Source: Chromera velia | Taxonomy: Eukaryota | NCBI GenBank assembly: GCA_018398765.1 | Contig: JAHBMJ010000521.1 | Span: forward strand, 1 to 64,000 | Direction of reading: 5' to 3' | DNA length: 64,000 nt | Shown: piece by piece, positions 38,393-50,872 of the stretch | Layout: each line of letters opens with the position of its first letter | Position numbering within the stretch: position 1 is the first letter of the stretch | Notes under the pieces: model-generated | What the model saw: the letters and a program-made list of their open reading frames with translations, nothing else | What the model was told of the DNA's origin: nothing | The model's database searches: none | Translations under genes and position numbers: made by a program

Positions 38393-41300
38393 CGTGTGCG
38401 CGTGTGTGTGTATGCATGCGTGCGTGCGTGTGTTGGGTGGAGAAAGCAGTCGGGTCTCTCGATCATGAGTCTTCCTCCCCTTCTGCTGTTTGCCTCTCTA
38501 GTTAGTTCCCTTGTGCTCTCCCGTTTCTCCACCGATCTTCTATGTGCGCCCTTCTGCATCTGCACCTTAATTTCCCAATGATCCTTCTTATCTTTGCAGA
38601 AGGAGGACAAAGACGGTACCACGCACAGACTCCCGAGAGGGCCACGGCGCGTCCTTCCCGACCTGTCGAGGAGGACGAGGAGGACCAGAGCCAGGGGGGG
38701 GTGTCTGCTTTCTCGGCCGCCATTCCCGGAAGACTGAAGGGATTGATGCCCAAGCTCCTTGAACCCAAAAAAGGCACCACAGAGACGCACGATAGCCAAC
38801 CGTCCCACCCCCCTCCTGCAGATACAACCGAGGACGAGCCTGAGGATGACGTCACTGTTTCGCATCCTTCCTGGAGTCTCCAAAGGATTTTGCCTGTAGT
38901 GAAGAACCAAATTAGCAGGGCGCAGGGGGCAGCACAGGGGGCAGTCAGGGCAGGGAGAGACGCCCTGGAGGGAGCACTGCACATGGCTGAGGCTGACGAA
39001 GACGAAGAAGATGAGGCGGAGAAAGAAGAACAAGAGGCCCCCCCTTTGAAACAAGATGGGCCGACTGCCGTCCCACAAGTCGTCCACGTCCCAGCTGAAC
39101 CTCCGAGATCAGGCGATAGTCACAGTACACAGCCTCCCGCCGCATCCAACCCCAACCCTCACGAAGGTTTAGGCTTAGGCATAGGGTCCGCCTGGGGCGT
39201 TGAGGAAGCAGAGACGGAAATGCTCGCCCCGTCTCCGCAGAAGCAAGAAGGAGGTCCCGGAGGAGGACGACAGAGCTTTCTTCCCTTAACCACTGCCCCC
39301 CCTCCCCCCCCACCACGATCGTCCTCACATGCCTCTAATGATGCCGTCTCCCCTCCTTCGGCTGTTGTCAGTGACACTCCCGGGCCGCCTCTTGTTCATC
39401 CCGTCTCCTCCTCTCCCTTCTCCGCCCCGTCTCCGTCTCCGTTCCCATCAGCAGTCCGAGCTACTCCCCCGTCTGCAGAGACGGAAAAACGAAGGGAAAC
39501 CCCTCCCCCGTCTCCGTCTCCAGCGTTGTTCGGAGAATCGAGTGACGACAGCGGCGGTTGGAACGTGAACATCCGGGAGGAGCTGGAGGAGACGGCACGA
39601 GGGGGGAGCGTGTCTTCTTTTCCTCTCCAGGAAGCCGGCTTGGGGGCAAATGTAGGTGTGGGTAGAGACACGAGCTCGCTTGCTTATACTCTCACTGCCA
39701 CACATACGGATGCAGAAAGAGGAGTGTCACAGTCTGATTGGGCCCCAGCCAACATAGGCGCCCCTTCAGGTTCAGAGATCGTTACAGAATCTTCCGTCAC
39801 TCTCTTCTCCGCAACGGAAGCAGAACGAGACGGGAGGGGTGACGGAGGTAACGGTCGAGACTTTTCTCAATCGACAGGGAACAGTCCCTTCTCCTTCCAA
39901 CCCAAAAGTTCTTCCCCTGCAGTCCCCCAAGTCTCCGTCTCTCTCTCTTCCCCATCACAGGAGCATGTCGGGGACGGATCTAGCGAGACGGCAGGCACTG
40001 CCCGAGAGGCCAGTGGGGGGTCTCTCCAAGTCCAACAACCTGCTCATGCACGTCCCCCACAGCAGCACCAGAGTCCCCTCAGTTCCCCCTTTGCTGGTGG
40101 CACGAACAGTCTGACAGATCCTTCAGGGGCCGAGCAAGTCTCGCGAGAGAATACAGAGGGAGACGACGAGATCCCGTCTCCGTCTCCGTCTCCTGCGCTG
40201 GCAGGTGGAGGAGAGGCAGAGGCGGCAGCAGAGGGATCAGCTATCCGCACTAGTGAATTCCAACCCCCCCAAGCAATGGCAGCCACGGTGATTCATCACC
40301 CGCCCCATGCCCCAACACAAGAGAGTCATCAAGACGGAGTGCCCTCTTCGTCTGCAACTGCCTTGGGGGCACCTAGCCCGATGTCTGGCGAAATAAGTGA
40401 AGGTGGTGCAGTGCCGCCCCGCCCTCCTGAAGGGAAGAATTCCTCTGCAGCCACCGTTGATGATTTCTTTGGAGAGGGTGAGGAAGATGAGTGGGGTGTG
40501 TCTTTGGGTGCACCCTCTTCGTCTTCGGCCGTTGCGCCTCTTCCTGCTACAGCTTCAGAGAGAGCTGGCTCCTTAGAGTCCCCTCAGGAGAATGCCGCCC
40601 TGGGGGGTGCAGGTGAGATGCGAGGGAATGCAGAGGTAGGGGAGGCAGATGGAGGTTCAGAGCTGCTCTCGATTTCAGGGGCAGATCCTGTGAGTCATCA
40701 GGAAGGGGAGGGAAACGGATTTCTTTTCCATGGCGGTGACAGAGGAGGAGGTCCGACGGGTGCCTCTCCCCAACAGCACGCGCCCTCTGATTCCTCTGTG
40801 CCCCCCTCCCTTTCCCCAGATTCCCTTCCACCCAGACCCTCCGCTCCCCTCCCCTCCCCTGATCCTGATGGCGTCTCCGACCAGCAGAGACACAGAGACG
40901 GGATCTGGACAACGGACCCCGGCCCCGTTCCGTTCTCTCAGCCGAGGGGTGGGATGCATCAATCAGCAGAGACTGACAGAGAAGGAGAAGGAGAGGGGGG
41001 AGAAGAAGACGGGGGCCTTTCGGGACCTGAAGCACCGGGGGGGGGTAGGTCGATGAGACTAGAATCTACGGTCACGGGGTTGCCCCACCGTTGGGGTTCT
41101 GTGAGTGCTAGTGACAAGGGGGGGAGGCCGAGTGACCCACAGGCCCCATGGCAGCAGCCCGACGTTCCGGAAACACAACAACTTGCGGGGGTAGGAGGGG
41201 GAGGGGAGGACTACCCTCCAACGCCTTTGAATAATGAATGGAGTGACATGGGGGGACCGTGGGCATCGGGGGGGGGCAGCGGGTCCGCCCATGCGGCTGG

Positions 41301-43468
41301 AGGGCCCGACAGAGGGGCCCACACCCCCTTAGACGCCGATGGGCGACGGCCCTCTACGTCAGACCCTCAAGCATCGGAGCCGGGGCCCCGGGGGGTTCTT
41401 GAAAGTGCCCCGGCACTAGAGAGAGACGCCCTTCTATGGGGGGGGGACGGAGGGGACAGTTCTGGGTCCGGGGGGATGGGCCCGGGGCCGGGATCCGGGC
41501 CCGCGGCGTCGTCTGTCAGGATGCATCGAAACTTGGGGGGGGACAGGAGGGGCATTTGGGGTCAATCGGCTTTCGGTTCTCCCTCTAATGTTCCCGGAGG
41601 GGGTATGGGAGATCTCTCGGGACTCTCTGATGATCCCCAAGCTGTGGTTGCACACACAGGAGGATCGTGTACCTACAATGGAGATGTGTCACCTCCACCT
41701 GGTCAGGCTGAGCAATCAGCAGCAGGAGACCCAGACCTTCATGGAGGAGGAGGGAGTGCCCAGCCCTCTTCTTCTTCTTCCTCTCCCAATAGATGGGCTG
41801 CAGGGAACGTGCAGCAGACAAGCATAGAGACCGAGGGGGGGGGCGGGGGGTTCCTTGCTCACACAGATGGGGACGGAGGAGGGGGTGCATCGCCCACGCA
41901 TGAACCAAGTGCTCCATTCGCAGGTGGCACAGCAGGGGAGTTTCTACGCCCTCGGTCCCCGGATGTGCGGAGTAATCGCAGTGAAGATCGAAGTGAGAGG
42001 GACAGGGGGGAGGCGGAGAGTGTGGGCCCTGACTTGGGCCCCCAACCCGTCGCCCCACGCCCTGCGCTTTCCGCCGCCGCCTCCTCCAGATTAGAGACGT
42101 CACCAGCGAGGCGGGGGGAAGAAGGGCATCTAGATCCAGGTCAGACACCCATGACTTCCACGGTAGAAGCGAACAGAGAAGTCGAAACGCCCCCCCCCGA
42201 TCCTTCGCCGTCTCCCGCTGCACCTGGGAGTGAGGCATTCGGGCTGACCGAGACACACTCTCCTCGGGGTGTCGGTGCTGCCATCCGATCTCCCAGATTG
42301 GCCCCTGCGCCCCATGCAGATTCGCCGAGTGAGTCTGAACCTTCGCCTTCCTCCGTTCCAGCGCCCCCCACCCAGAGGGTCCCGGAAAGCAGAATTCCGG
42401 ATTCGTCTCTTGTCCAGAGAGAGGGGGCGGACTCAGCAGGTGAATTGCAGTCTGCCCTTGCACGTATTCGTGAGCTGGAAGCAAGGCAGTTGGAGGATCA
42501 GGCTTTGTTGGATGGGTTGCGGTCTTCTGCAGGGAGTGCAACTGAGGAGAGGGAGCAGAGGTTGAGGGCAGAAAGGGAAAGTGAGAACTTGAGAGAAGAA
42601 CTGGGAGCAGTGAGGAAGGAAGCCGAAGAGACGCAGGCGAGGGTCAGTCCTGCTGTCCGTACTTTTGTAGCTGCGTATTGTTGTACAGTGAGTTCACCGA
42701 CTTAACTTTTTCCACAACAAATTGGACCGACCTCTTTCCTCCTCACAATGTGCCCTCCCACTGAATCCTCTCTCTCTTTTCCTTTTTTGCCGCGGCCGTC
42801 TTTTACACTTTCGTTCCGATGTGTATACATGAGTTTCGTGTTTGTCCTGTTCATTGTTTGACTGTGAGATTCCCCCCAATTTTGCGGGAGGGAAACGGTT
42901 GGTGCATAGTTTATGTGCCTCTTCTCCATCGATGGTTTCCCTCCCCCTTTCCCCGGTTCATTGTATTTGCCTCTGCATCCAGTGGGAAGGGGGGCATGGA
43001 GGAACTTGACTGGGTGCTTTTGTTCTTTCGGTTGGTTGTCTGCCTCTGTATGTGTGTGTGCAAGTAACAGATATGTCCCATTGGTCTGTCTGTCCCCTTT
43101 CGGTGTGTGCAGTATCTCTCTCAGCTGCAGAGTTTGCGGTCTGAGAAGGACTCCTTGGAGAGTCAAAAGAGACAAGCAGAGAAGGACGCAGAAGGATGGA
43201 AAGATGTCTCCACGGTCTCAGAGTCGGAGCTTGCCTTGATAAAGAAGGACCTGGAGAGGGAGAAGGCGAAACTTCAGGAACTCTACGCGGAGCTCAACAG
43301 CACCATGGCTGAGAACGGACAATTGAAGGACATTCAGCAGAGGACGGAGAGAGAGATCACGCAGCTCAAGTGGGTCACATGGATCTGTCAAGGGAGATTC
43401 CCCTGCACGGGGAAAGGAAATAAATGTGAAAGTTGACGGAATCTTCTGTGCAAGTGAATGACTCTCTC

Positions 43469-43547
<79 letters not shown>

Positions 43548-43610
43548 ATGAGAACATGTGTGTGAGTTTATATATACATACGTGTGTATATATACATACA
43601 TACATATATG

Positions 43611-43652
<42 letters not shown>

Positions 43653-45129
43653 TGTATGCAGATCGGCGCTCGACGAGACCCTCCAGGAGCAGAAATCCTC
43701 TCAGCAGAGACTGCGCTCCCTCGAATCCGCTGTGCAGAAGGCGGAGGAGGAGAAGAGGAAGGCGGTCGCGGAGGAGCAAAAGAAGCTGGAGGTTTGCTTT
43801 CCCCTTCTCATTTCTTCACTCTCCTTCCTCTCCTCCATCCTGCTCTTCTTTTCTGCAACCCTTACAAGTGATTGTTTGTCTGTGCGTTTGTGTCAGAAGG
43901 AGAGACTCAACCTTGTAAGTGCACCAAAGAATGCAGGACGGACTGACCCTCTCTGCATAACACGCGCAGTGGCAGACTGACAGAGGGATGGAGGGTTTCA
44001 CACACACCGACGCGGTTTTTCTCTCGCTCTCTTTCCTTTCTTGCACCTGCTTTTCTCTCTCCCTCCCTGCCTCCCTGTCTACATGCATGCGGAAAGCTTT
44101 GAAGCAGGGAGAGAAGCAGAAGCAGGAGGAACTGGAAGCCTGCATTTACTTTCATACAGAATTCATTTACTAACACTTTCACGAAAGTAAATGCGTGTGC
44201 ATGCGTGTATGCAGAAAGCTTTGAAGCAGGGAGAGAAGCAGAAGCAGGAGGAACTGGAAGCTGAGATGGCCTCGATTCTGTCAGGCAAGGACAGCCAGAT
44301 GTCTCGATTGAAGGAGAGCTTGGAGAAACAGAGCGCGTCCGTCCGGCAGAAGGAAAAAGAGACACAGGCTGCCCACGCAGAACTCTTGAAGACCAAAGAG
44401 CAGCTCAGTGCCGCAGAAGAAAAGATGAAAAAGGTCCGGAAGTTATTTACATACAACGTTCCCAGATTTAAGATAACACAAACGCGTTTTTTTCTGCCAG
44501 GAGTGTGCGTGTGTGTGATTGATTGAGAGAGGTAGAGCCTTTGCTTGCTACGCACCGTATCTTCAGACCCCTCCCAGTAGTATTCGTTCATGAGCATGTA
44601 TGAGTATGTGTATGAGCCCAGTATGGCCTTGCGTATGTATGAATTTTTGCATGTGTCCACGTTTCTCCTTTCCCTCTTGCAGCTCCAGGAGCATTCCGAG
44701 AGGGAACACGAACGGCTGATCTCGGAGTGTGAGAAGGTCGGGAAAGAGGGAGGGAGGGAGGGGGATCGGGGAGCTAGAAAGAAGACCGTGAGCTTGCTGC
44801 CTCTCTCGGATTCTCCCCCTCTCTCTTCCTCTGTAGCCTGACTGCGAATTCATGCCTTCTTGCCTTCCTGCCTGCCTCCCATCCTTTCTTGCTTTGTTGC
44901 TTGATGCGCTTCGGGCGTGAACAGAGAGATCGGCCGATTGACGAGCAGGCAGGCTCACGGACTGAGTATTGCTGACTGACTAGCTCAGAGACACTCAGGA
45001 GCAAAGGCAGCAATGAAGGAAACGCGGAAGGGAAATCGGATTTGCAGAAGGACTCGCTCGGCTCTCCTCCGCCTCTTGATTCTATTGACAGAACTGGAAA
45101 CTCGTCGTCACCCCTGTCGGAATATCACA

Positions 45130-45167
<38 letters not shown>

Positions 45168-48100
45168 TGTGTGTGTGTGTGTGTGTGTGTCTACAGAGAG
45201 TCCGGGAGCTTGAAGGCCAAATTACAGGGGAGGCGGGTATTCAAGTCAGTTGACGCACTGCATGCCGCGTCGATGTGATCTTCTTTCTTTCTTTCTTTTT
45301 TTTCTCTTTCTTCCTTTCTTTCTTTCTTTCTTTCTTTCTGAGGCTTTGCGTGTCCTTCCCCCTCCAGTACGGCTTGATGCGCATCCTCATGCAGAGAGAG
45401 CATTGGAGGCGGCTGAGGAGCAATGCAGACCCATGATCGACTTTCAGTGGGGGTAAAAGGAAAGAGAAACAGTTTTGGTACACACTAGTGTTTTTTCCCT
45501 TTTGATGGCGTCTGTCTGTTGTCTGTCTGCAGGAGGGAATAGAGGATTCCGAGAGAAGTCTACGAGAGGACCTTTTGAAGGTGGAGGCGCAGAAGAGAGA
45601 CGCAGAGGAGGAGAAGGAACGACTGAGAAGACAAGTCGAGGAGGAGAGGGACAAGTAAGTGACTAAGTCAGGAGATGGTTGGATCAACAAGGAGGCAAAG
45701 CTCTTTCATTCAGATACGATATGCAGGCGTTCCCCCAACTCGTTTGGCAGGCAGGCAGTAGGTATCTCTGCAGGCACGGCGTGGCGTCTGACTCCCTTTC
45801 GCTTCGTCTCGTCTCGTCTGGCCGGTATTTGTGTTTACCGGCTCTTCATCACAACTACATTCATGCAGCGTGCATACGGTCGTTGCCCGTTCATGCACAC
45901 ACTCCTGATCGTATCGTTTGACTGCCCGTGCCTCTTCTCTCTCCACCCTTCCTGCAGGTACGAAGCTCTGTATGCAGACCTGGCTTCTTCACAGGGTCTG
46001 GTGGAGAGTCTGCAGAGAGACGTGGAGACTGCAGCTGCGAGGGGGGCAGAGACGGCAAGGGAGGAAGTGGGACGACTGAGGGAAGAACTCAGAGAGGCAT
46101 CCAGAAGGGCAGAGTCAGTCAGTCAGTCCGATAGGCAGACAGGCAAACAGGTGTATGAAGTCGGTGGCTTTTTTGTTGTGGCTTTCGGCGTCTGCGAAAA
46201 GGGAAAGAACGGTCGAGATAGAAACGAAGAAAAAATGTCATGTCCTTATGTCTTCTTCATTCGGCCTTTCTATCTCGCGGTCTCGATTTGTTTCGACCAT
46301 TCTGTACTCGTCTCTTTCTTCTTTCCTCCCAGCCGTTCTTCTTCTTCTTTTCCTTTCCTCTTTCGGGCAGACACAGGAAGGAAGCCGTTGCTGGGAGGTC
46401 TTTTGTTCTTCCTTTCTCCCTCTCCATGAGTTTTCTTTTTTTATGGTTCGCTTTCCCAAAACGCATATCGATCTGTCAGAAGGCTGTCCCACTATGTGCC
46501 CCAAAAGGCTCCCTCCCTCCACGAATGAATGCTGACTGACCTCAATCTACCTCCCTCCCTCCTGCAATGCGCAGAGACGCGGAGGCCAAGGGTTCATTTC
46601 TATGCATTCTGAATCATGAATAAAAATGAATGCATGCGCAGAGACGCGGAGGCCAAGCGGGCGGAAGCGCAAGCGAGACAAAGCGTGTTCGAAACTCAGA
46701 CGGAAGGCTACAGGTGGGTGGGTCCATTCAGAAATAACTAGTCACTCTGCTGCACTTCAACTTTCGGTCAGTACAAATCAAGTACAAATTGAGGCCGTCG
46801 ATCAATGCAGAAAGAAACAGACCGAACGATGCGGAAATGCCTCACCAGCCAGCTCCTGACTGGCTTGAGGAATATGCGCAAAATTTTTACTGCGTCCTTG
46901 TGTGTGTCAACTGACTGGCTTGATGCACTTCGTACGTTGACGGCTCCATTACTGGAGTAGTTAGTTCCTTGATGCATGCTCTTGTTTTCCTGTTGGCGCC
47001 CCTGCATACTTGCCTCCCGTGAGAGAGCCTGTCTGCCTGCAGGAGTGAAGCCGCTCTGTTGAAAAAGGAGGTGGATCGCTTGGAGGTCTGTCCGTCCTGT
47101 CCTGTGCTGTCTGCCGTCTCTCTTCTCTTCTCTTCTCTTCTCTTCTCTTTTTTTGTTGTTGTCTCTGAAACGTGAGAATGTTTCTCCGCAACCTGGCTCC
47201 TTCTGCATTCATTTTTCTTCATGTATTTATATTTGTCCTCCCGATCTTCCCTCTGTCCTCACACTTATTTTCTCTTCTCCTTCCTCTCCTCTGTTTTCTT
47301 CTCTTTAATTCTCTTTTCTCCTCACTGCCGCCGAACAAGCGAGGGAGTTACGACAGAGAGATGCTAACAACATGAGGCAGACACAGAGACACCCCAGATC
47401 GTAGCACAGAGAGCAGGCAACGTGTTTCTGTCTCTAACCGAAGTTTCTGCTTCCCCTACATTCATTCGGCTATCTCCTGTCCCATTTCTTCCTGCATGCG
47501 CCATCTAGTTCCTTTGCGGCCACAGTGATTACTCCCAGGCCCCCGCTCTCCCTTCACTTGATTCATCAATTGTCTGACTGCAGGACAAGGTGAAAACCCT
47601 CACAGCAGCGACGGCATCGCCCACCGCTTTCGGTCCCGGACACGGCCACGGACCTTCGTTTCACATGCCTCACCAAGTAGGCACGTGCACAACTGAATTC
47701 CATTCGTTCTGTATGCATATGCATGGCCCCTGTCCATGCAGGCTTGCATGCGTCCTTTGCCTGATCGCAGTGGGGAATTCAACCATTTCTCTTCCTAAGT
47801 TCACATGCCTCATAAAGTAGGGCACAGAACAGTTATGCATGTTGCGCATGAGTGCGTACACAGCAATCACGATTTTTTATTTCTACCTTGAAGGGCCTCC
47901 ATTGGTTCTCTCGCGCCCTCTCTCCACAGCTCAAATGAACGCGCGCGCTAAGTGAAGCCTTCAGATGTACAAATGCGGTCTTTGTCTTGATTTGTTTGCT
48001 GGTGAATTCTCTGTGCTCTTTCGCACTGTTTTGGATTATTTGGTTCGTTCCTCAGTACTTTGAGACCATGTATCAAAAACAAACGAAGAGGTCTGTATGC

Positions 48101-49850
48101 TTTCTTTGACATGCTCTCTGTGTGTGGTTTTGTAGCTTTCTTTTATTCTCCCTTCCTCTTTATGTCCACTTCGTCTCCCTTCTTTGCCTCCTTCCCCGCT
48201 TTCTTTTATTCTCCCTTCCTCTTTATGTCCACTTCGTCTCCCTTCTTTGCCTCCTTCCCCGCTTTCTTTTATTCTCCCTTCCTCTTTATGTCCACTTCGT
48301 CTCCCTTCTTTGCCTCCTTCCCCGCAAAAAACATAACAAACGACCGTACCTGCAGGCCTTCGAAGAGATTCAGGCGAAACACCAACAGGACATGGCGTCG
48401 CGCCAACGGATCATCGATGAGAAGGACGCACGGATTCAGGTAGGCAATGAACGCAAGGGAAGGGAAATAAGGGCGCCGGGGTGGAAGTGCCTTTATTTTT
48501 TTTCACTTCACTTCACCGGACTTCTGGAAACTTTTTTGCAAGGCGGTGTTTGAAGGAAAGGCGGCTTGCATACACAAAGTAAAACATGCATAGATGAGTG
48601 TGCGCCTGTTTGTCAAACTCGTCGGGTGCATGGGTGCCTTCCTGCACACAGGCCAACAAGTTGTTGCTCATCTCATCTGCCACGGCATGCTTGCAAGGGT
48701 TGATCGATCCACCAATCCATGCGGCATCGTAATGGAATTGCTTCTTTGTCATGGCGGCTAGCTACTCTCTCTTTTTGTAAATGCTTGTTGACAAAGAGAT
48801 TCGCTTCCGTTTCGCAGAAGTTATTTAATTGAGAAGCTGAGAGCCCCTAGGGGTATACAGAGAAACTGCACAAAAAGATGGCGGTGTTGTAAGTCAGGAT
48901 GAAGACTTCACATCGATTGGAAAAGGGACGACGAGAAGACAAGAAGGCCGAAAATGAGGGCAAAAGGGGCACTTGCCAGTTGGAAAAGGGAAGATAAGTC
49001 AACGAAGCGATCAGGAAGTAGCAGAGTGAATGCGGGATGAACGGCTGTCCAATAAAGGAAGGAAGGAAGGAAGGAAGGAAAAAATGAACAAGAGAGGCAT
49101 GCCACCATTAGGTTTCTTTCGTTTCCTTTCTTCCTTCCCTGCATGCATGCAGGCCCTGAGTGCAGAGCGGGCGACTTTGAAAGTCCACCTGGATGAGGTC
49201 AAAGCCGAACTTGCGTGCTTCCAAGACATCGAGAGGGGTCGATCAGTCAACTTACTCAAATAGTTTTGTCTGTATCTCTGTCTGCGTCTGTCTTCCTGAA
49301 GTCATGTAGACTGTCTTCCTGTCTCTCGCTTTACAAAGCCGTCAAAAAGTCTAACAAGGTGTTGTTTAAACAAGCGCAGAGGATGTTTCGATTCCTTAGG
49401 AGACACGTGAGAGAGAGTGAATGCGGTAACGAGGGAATGAAATCAGCAGGGCGAAAAGAAGACAAGAGAAGAGAAGAGAAGATTGAGCTCAATTAATCAA
49501 TGAAAGCAAGCAAGCAGGAAGTCAGTCAAAAATGAGCGAGTCTGCCTGTCTACACGCATCTGCTTGGAGAGAGGGGGAGGCAGAAAGGAAAAAAGAGGGA
49601 GTCAGCGAGCGAGTGGGTAAGTGAGGGAGTGAATGAATTACTGTGTGTCATGCAGTTACTACACTTTTGCATGCACCACTACAGGTGAGTCTCTCCTCAA
49701 CACACAAAGAGGGCGGGAGAGAGTCTCACAGGAACTAGCACGGTTCTTTCACGGTCTCCGTACCTGTCTGATCTGACTGAGTGGCCAGGGGAATCGAAAG
49801 AAAGAAAAAAGGAAAATGCATTGATTGTTATGTTTCTGTCCATCCCTGCA

Positions 49851-49895
<45 letters not shown>

Positions 49896-50872
49896 TAATA
49901 TATATATACATATACATACATATATTTATTCATTTATTCATTTATATATGTATTTCTGCCTGCAGGAGGAGGGGCGTCTCCAGATGCCGGTCTGAGGGGA
50001 CGAGGGGGAGTGGTGGCCTTGGGAGATGCGGGGGCCGGCCGGGGGGCGGGGTTCGCTCAGCCAGGGGCGGGCGGCGCAGGGGGGGCAGATGACGACCCGA
50101 GAGGGCTCCTGCATGGCGACGCCCACAGCGCCTTCTTGGCCCGCATGGCTCGGTTCGCGGGTGTGCTCCGTGAGATTGACGAACCGTTGAGGTCAGACAG
50201 TTTTGCTCTTCTCTTCTTTTGTGTCTGCAATGATGTGAGCTTCTGCGCCTGTCTGCCTGCCTGGCTGCCTGTCTGCGCGTTCGTACCCTGTGAAAGTGTT
50301 TGCCTGTCTTCCTGCATGCCTTCTTTTCCTTCTGTCTCAGACATAGATCGAGGGAAAAAAGGAACAGAAAGAAGAGACACTGACTCCACAGTAGAGGAAC
50401 GATGTGTTTTCTCTGCTCTAGCTGCGAGCAAGCAAAAAAGAAAAAAAGGGGCAATACAGTCTGTCTGTCTGTCTGTCTGTCTGTGCCTGGTCTGTCTTGC
50501 CTGTCTGGTTAGATTTTCTTAGAACCTGCCAGTCTGACTTGCGGCTGACAAAAAAACAGAAAAAAAGACACAAAAAGAATTTGAGCGATATTTGTCTCGT
50601 CATCACCTGCAATTGGGGCTAAGGATTGTCGAGGAAAAGATCGAGCGACAACACAGGAGAGAGATTGACACGTACGTAGCTCAATTGACATTTCCTTCTT
50701 CCTTGCATGATGTTCACATGTCTGCAGGAAGTTCACCAGGTTACTCTACAAAAGTTTCCCCATCCGGCTGGTATTCTTCGCCTACGTCCTCTTCGTTCAA
50801 CTCTTCCTCTTCCTGATCCTTCATTTCGCAGGGCCCGCGCGTGACACGCATGCAGCGTCTCTTTCCGACTGA
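37995..50872 (+). CDS. Golgin-84 (GOLGA5)/CASP-family coiled-coil tail-anchored Golgi protein with a very long disordered N-terminus (about 1900 aa)
   Basis: About 16 in-frame exons: 37995-38046, 38600-42642, 43113-43369, 43662-43791, 43897-43914, 44215-44433, 44683-44736, 45533-45654, 45958-46113, 46642-46712, 47043-47085, 47584-47676, 48356-48439, 49153-~49237, 49966-50191, 50728-50872. A long coiled coil is followed by ALSAERATLKVHLDE, DIERG and LREIDEPLRKFTRLLYKSFPIRLVFFAYVLFVQLFLFLILHF, matching the golgin-84/CASP C-terminal pattern. Confidence 0.8.
38289..38410. repeat. (TG)n microsatellite, representative of many intronic SSRs (e.g. 787-872, 10660-10770, 43463-43650, 45133-45190, 52935-53083, 60390-60465)
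   Basis: Directly visible di- and tetranucleotide arrays, nearly all inside introns. Confidence 0.98.
48135..48325. repeat. 63-bp perfect tandem repeat x3 forming an intronic polypyrimidine tract
   Basis: GCTTTCTTTTATTCTCCCTTCCTCTTTATGTCCACTTCGTCTCCCTTCTTTGCCTCCTTCCCC x3, about 30 nt upstream of the acceptor at 48355. Confidence 0.95.

Noticed and set aside
48135..48325. 63-bp repeat ORFs (AFFYSPFLFMSTSS...) as a membrane protein
   Set aside because: The repeat lies in a golgin intron as a pyrimidine tract; it is open only because of low complexity.
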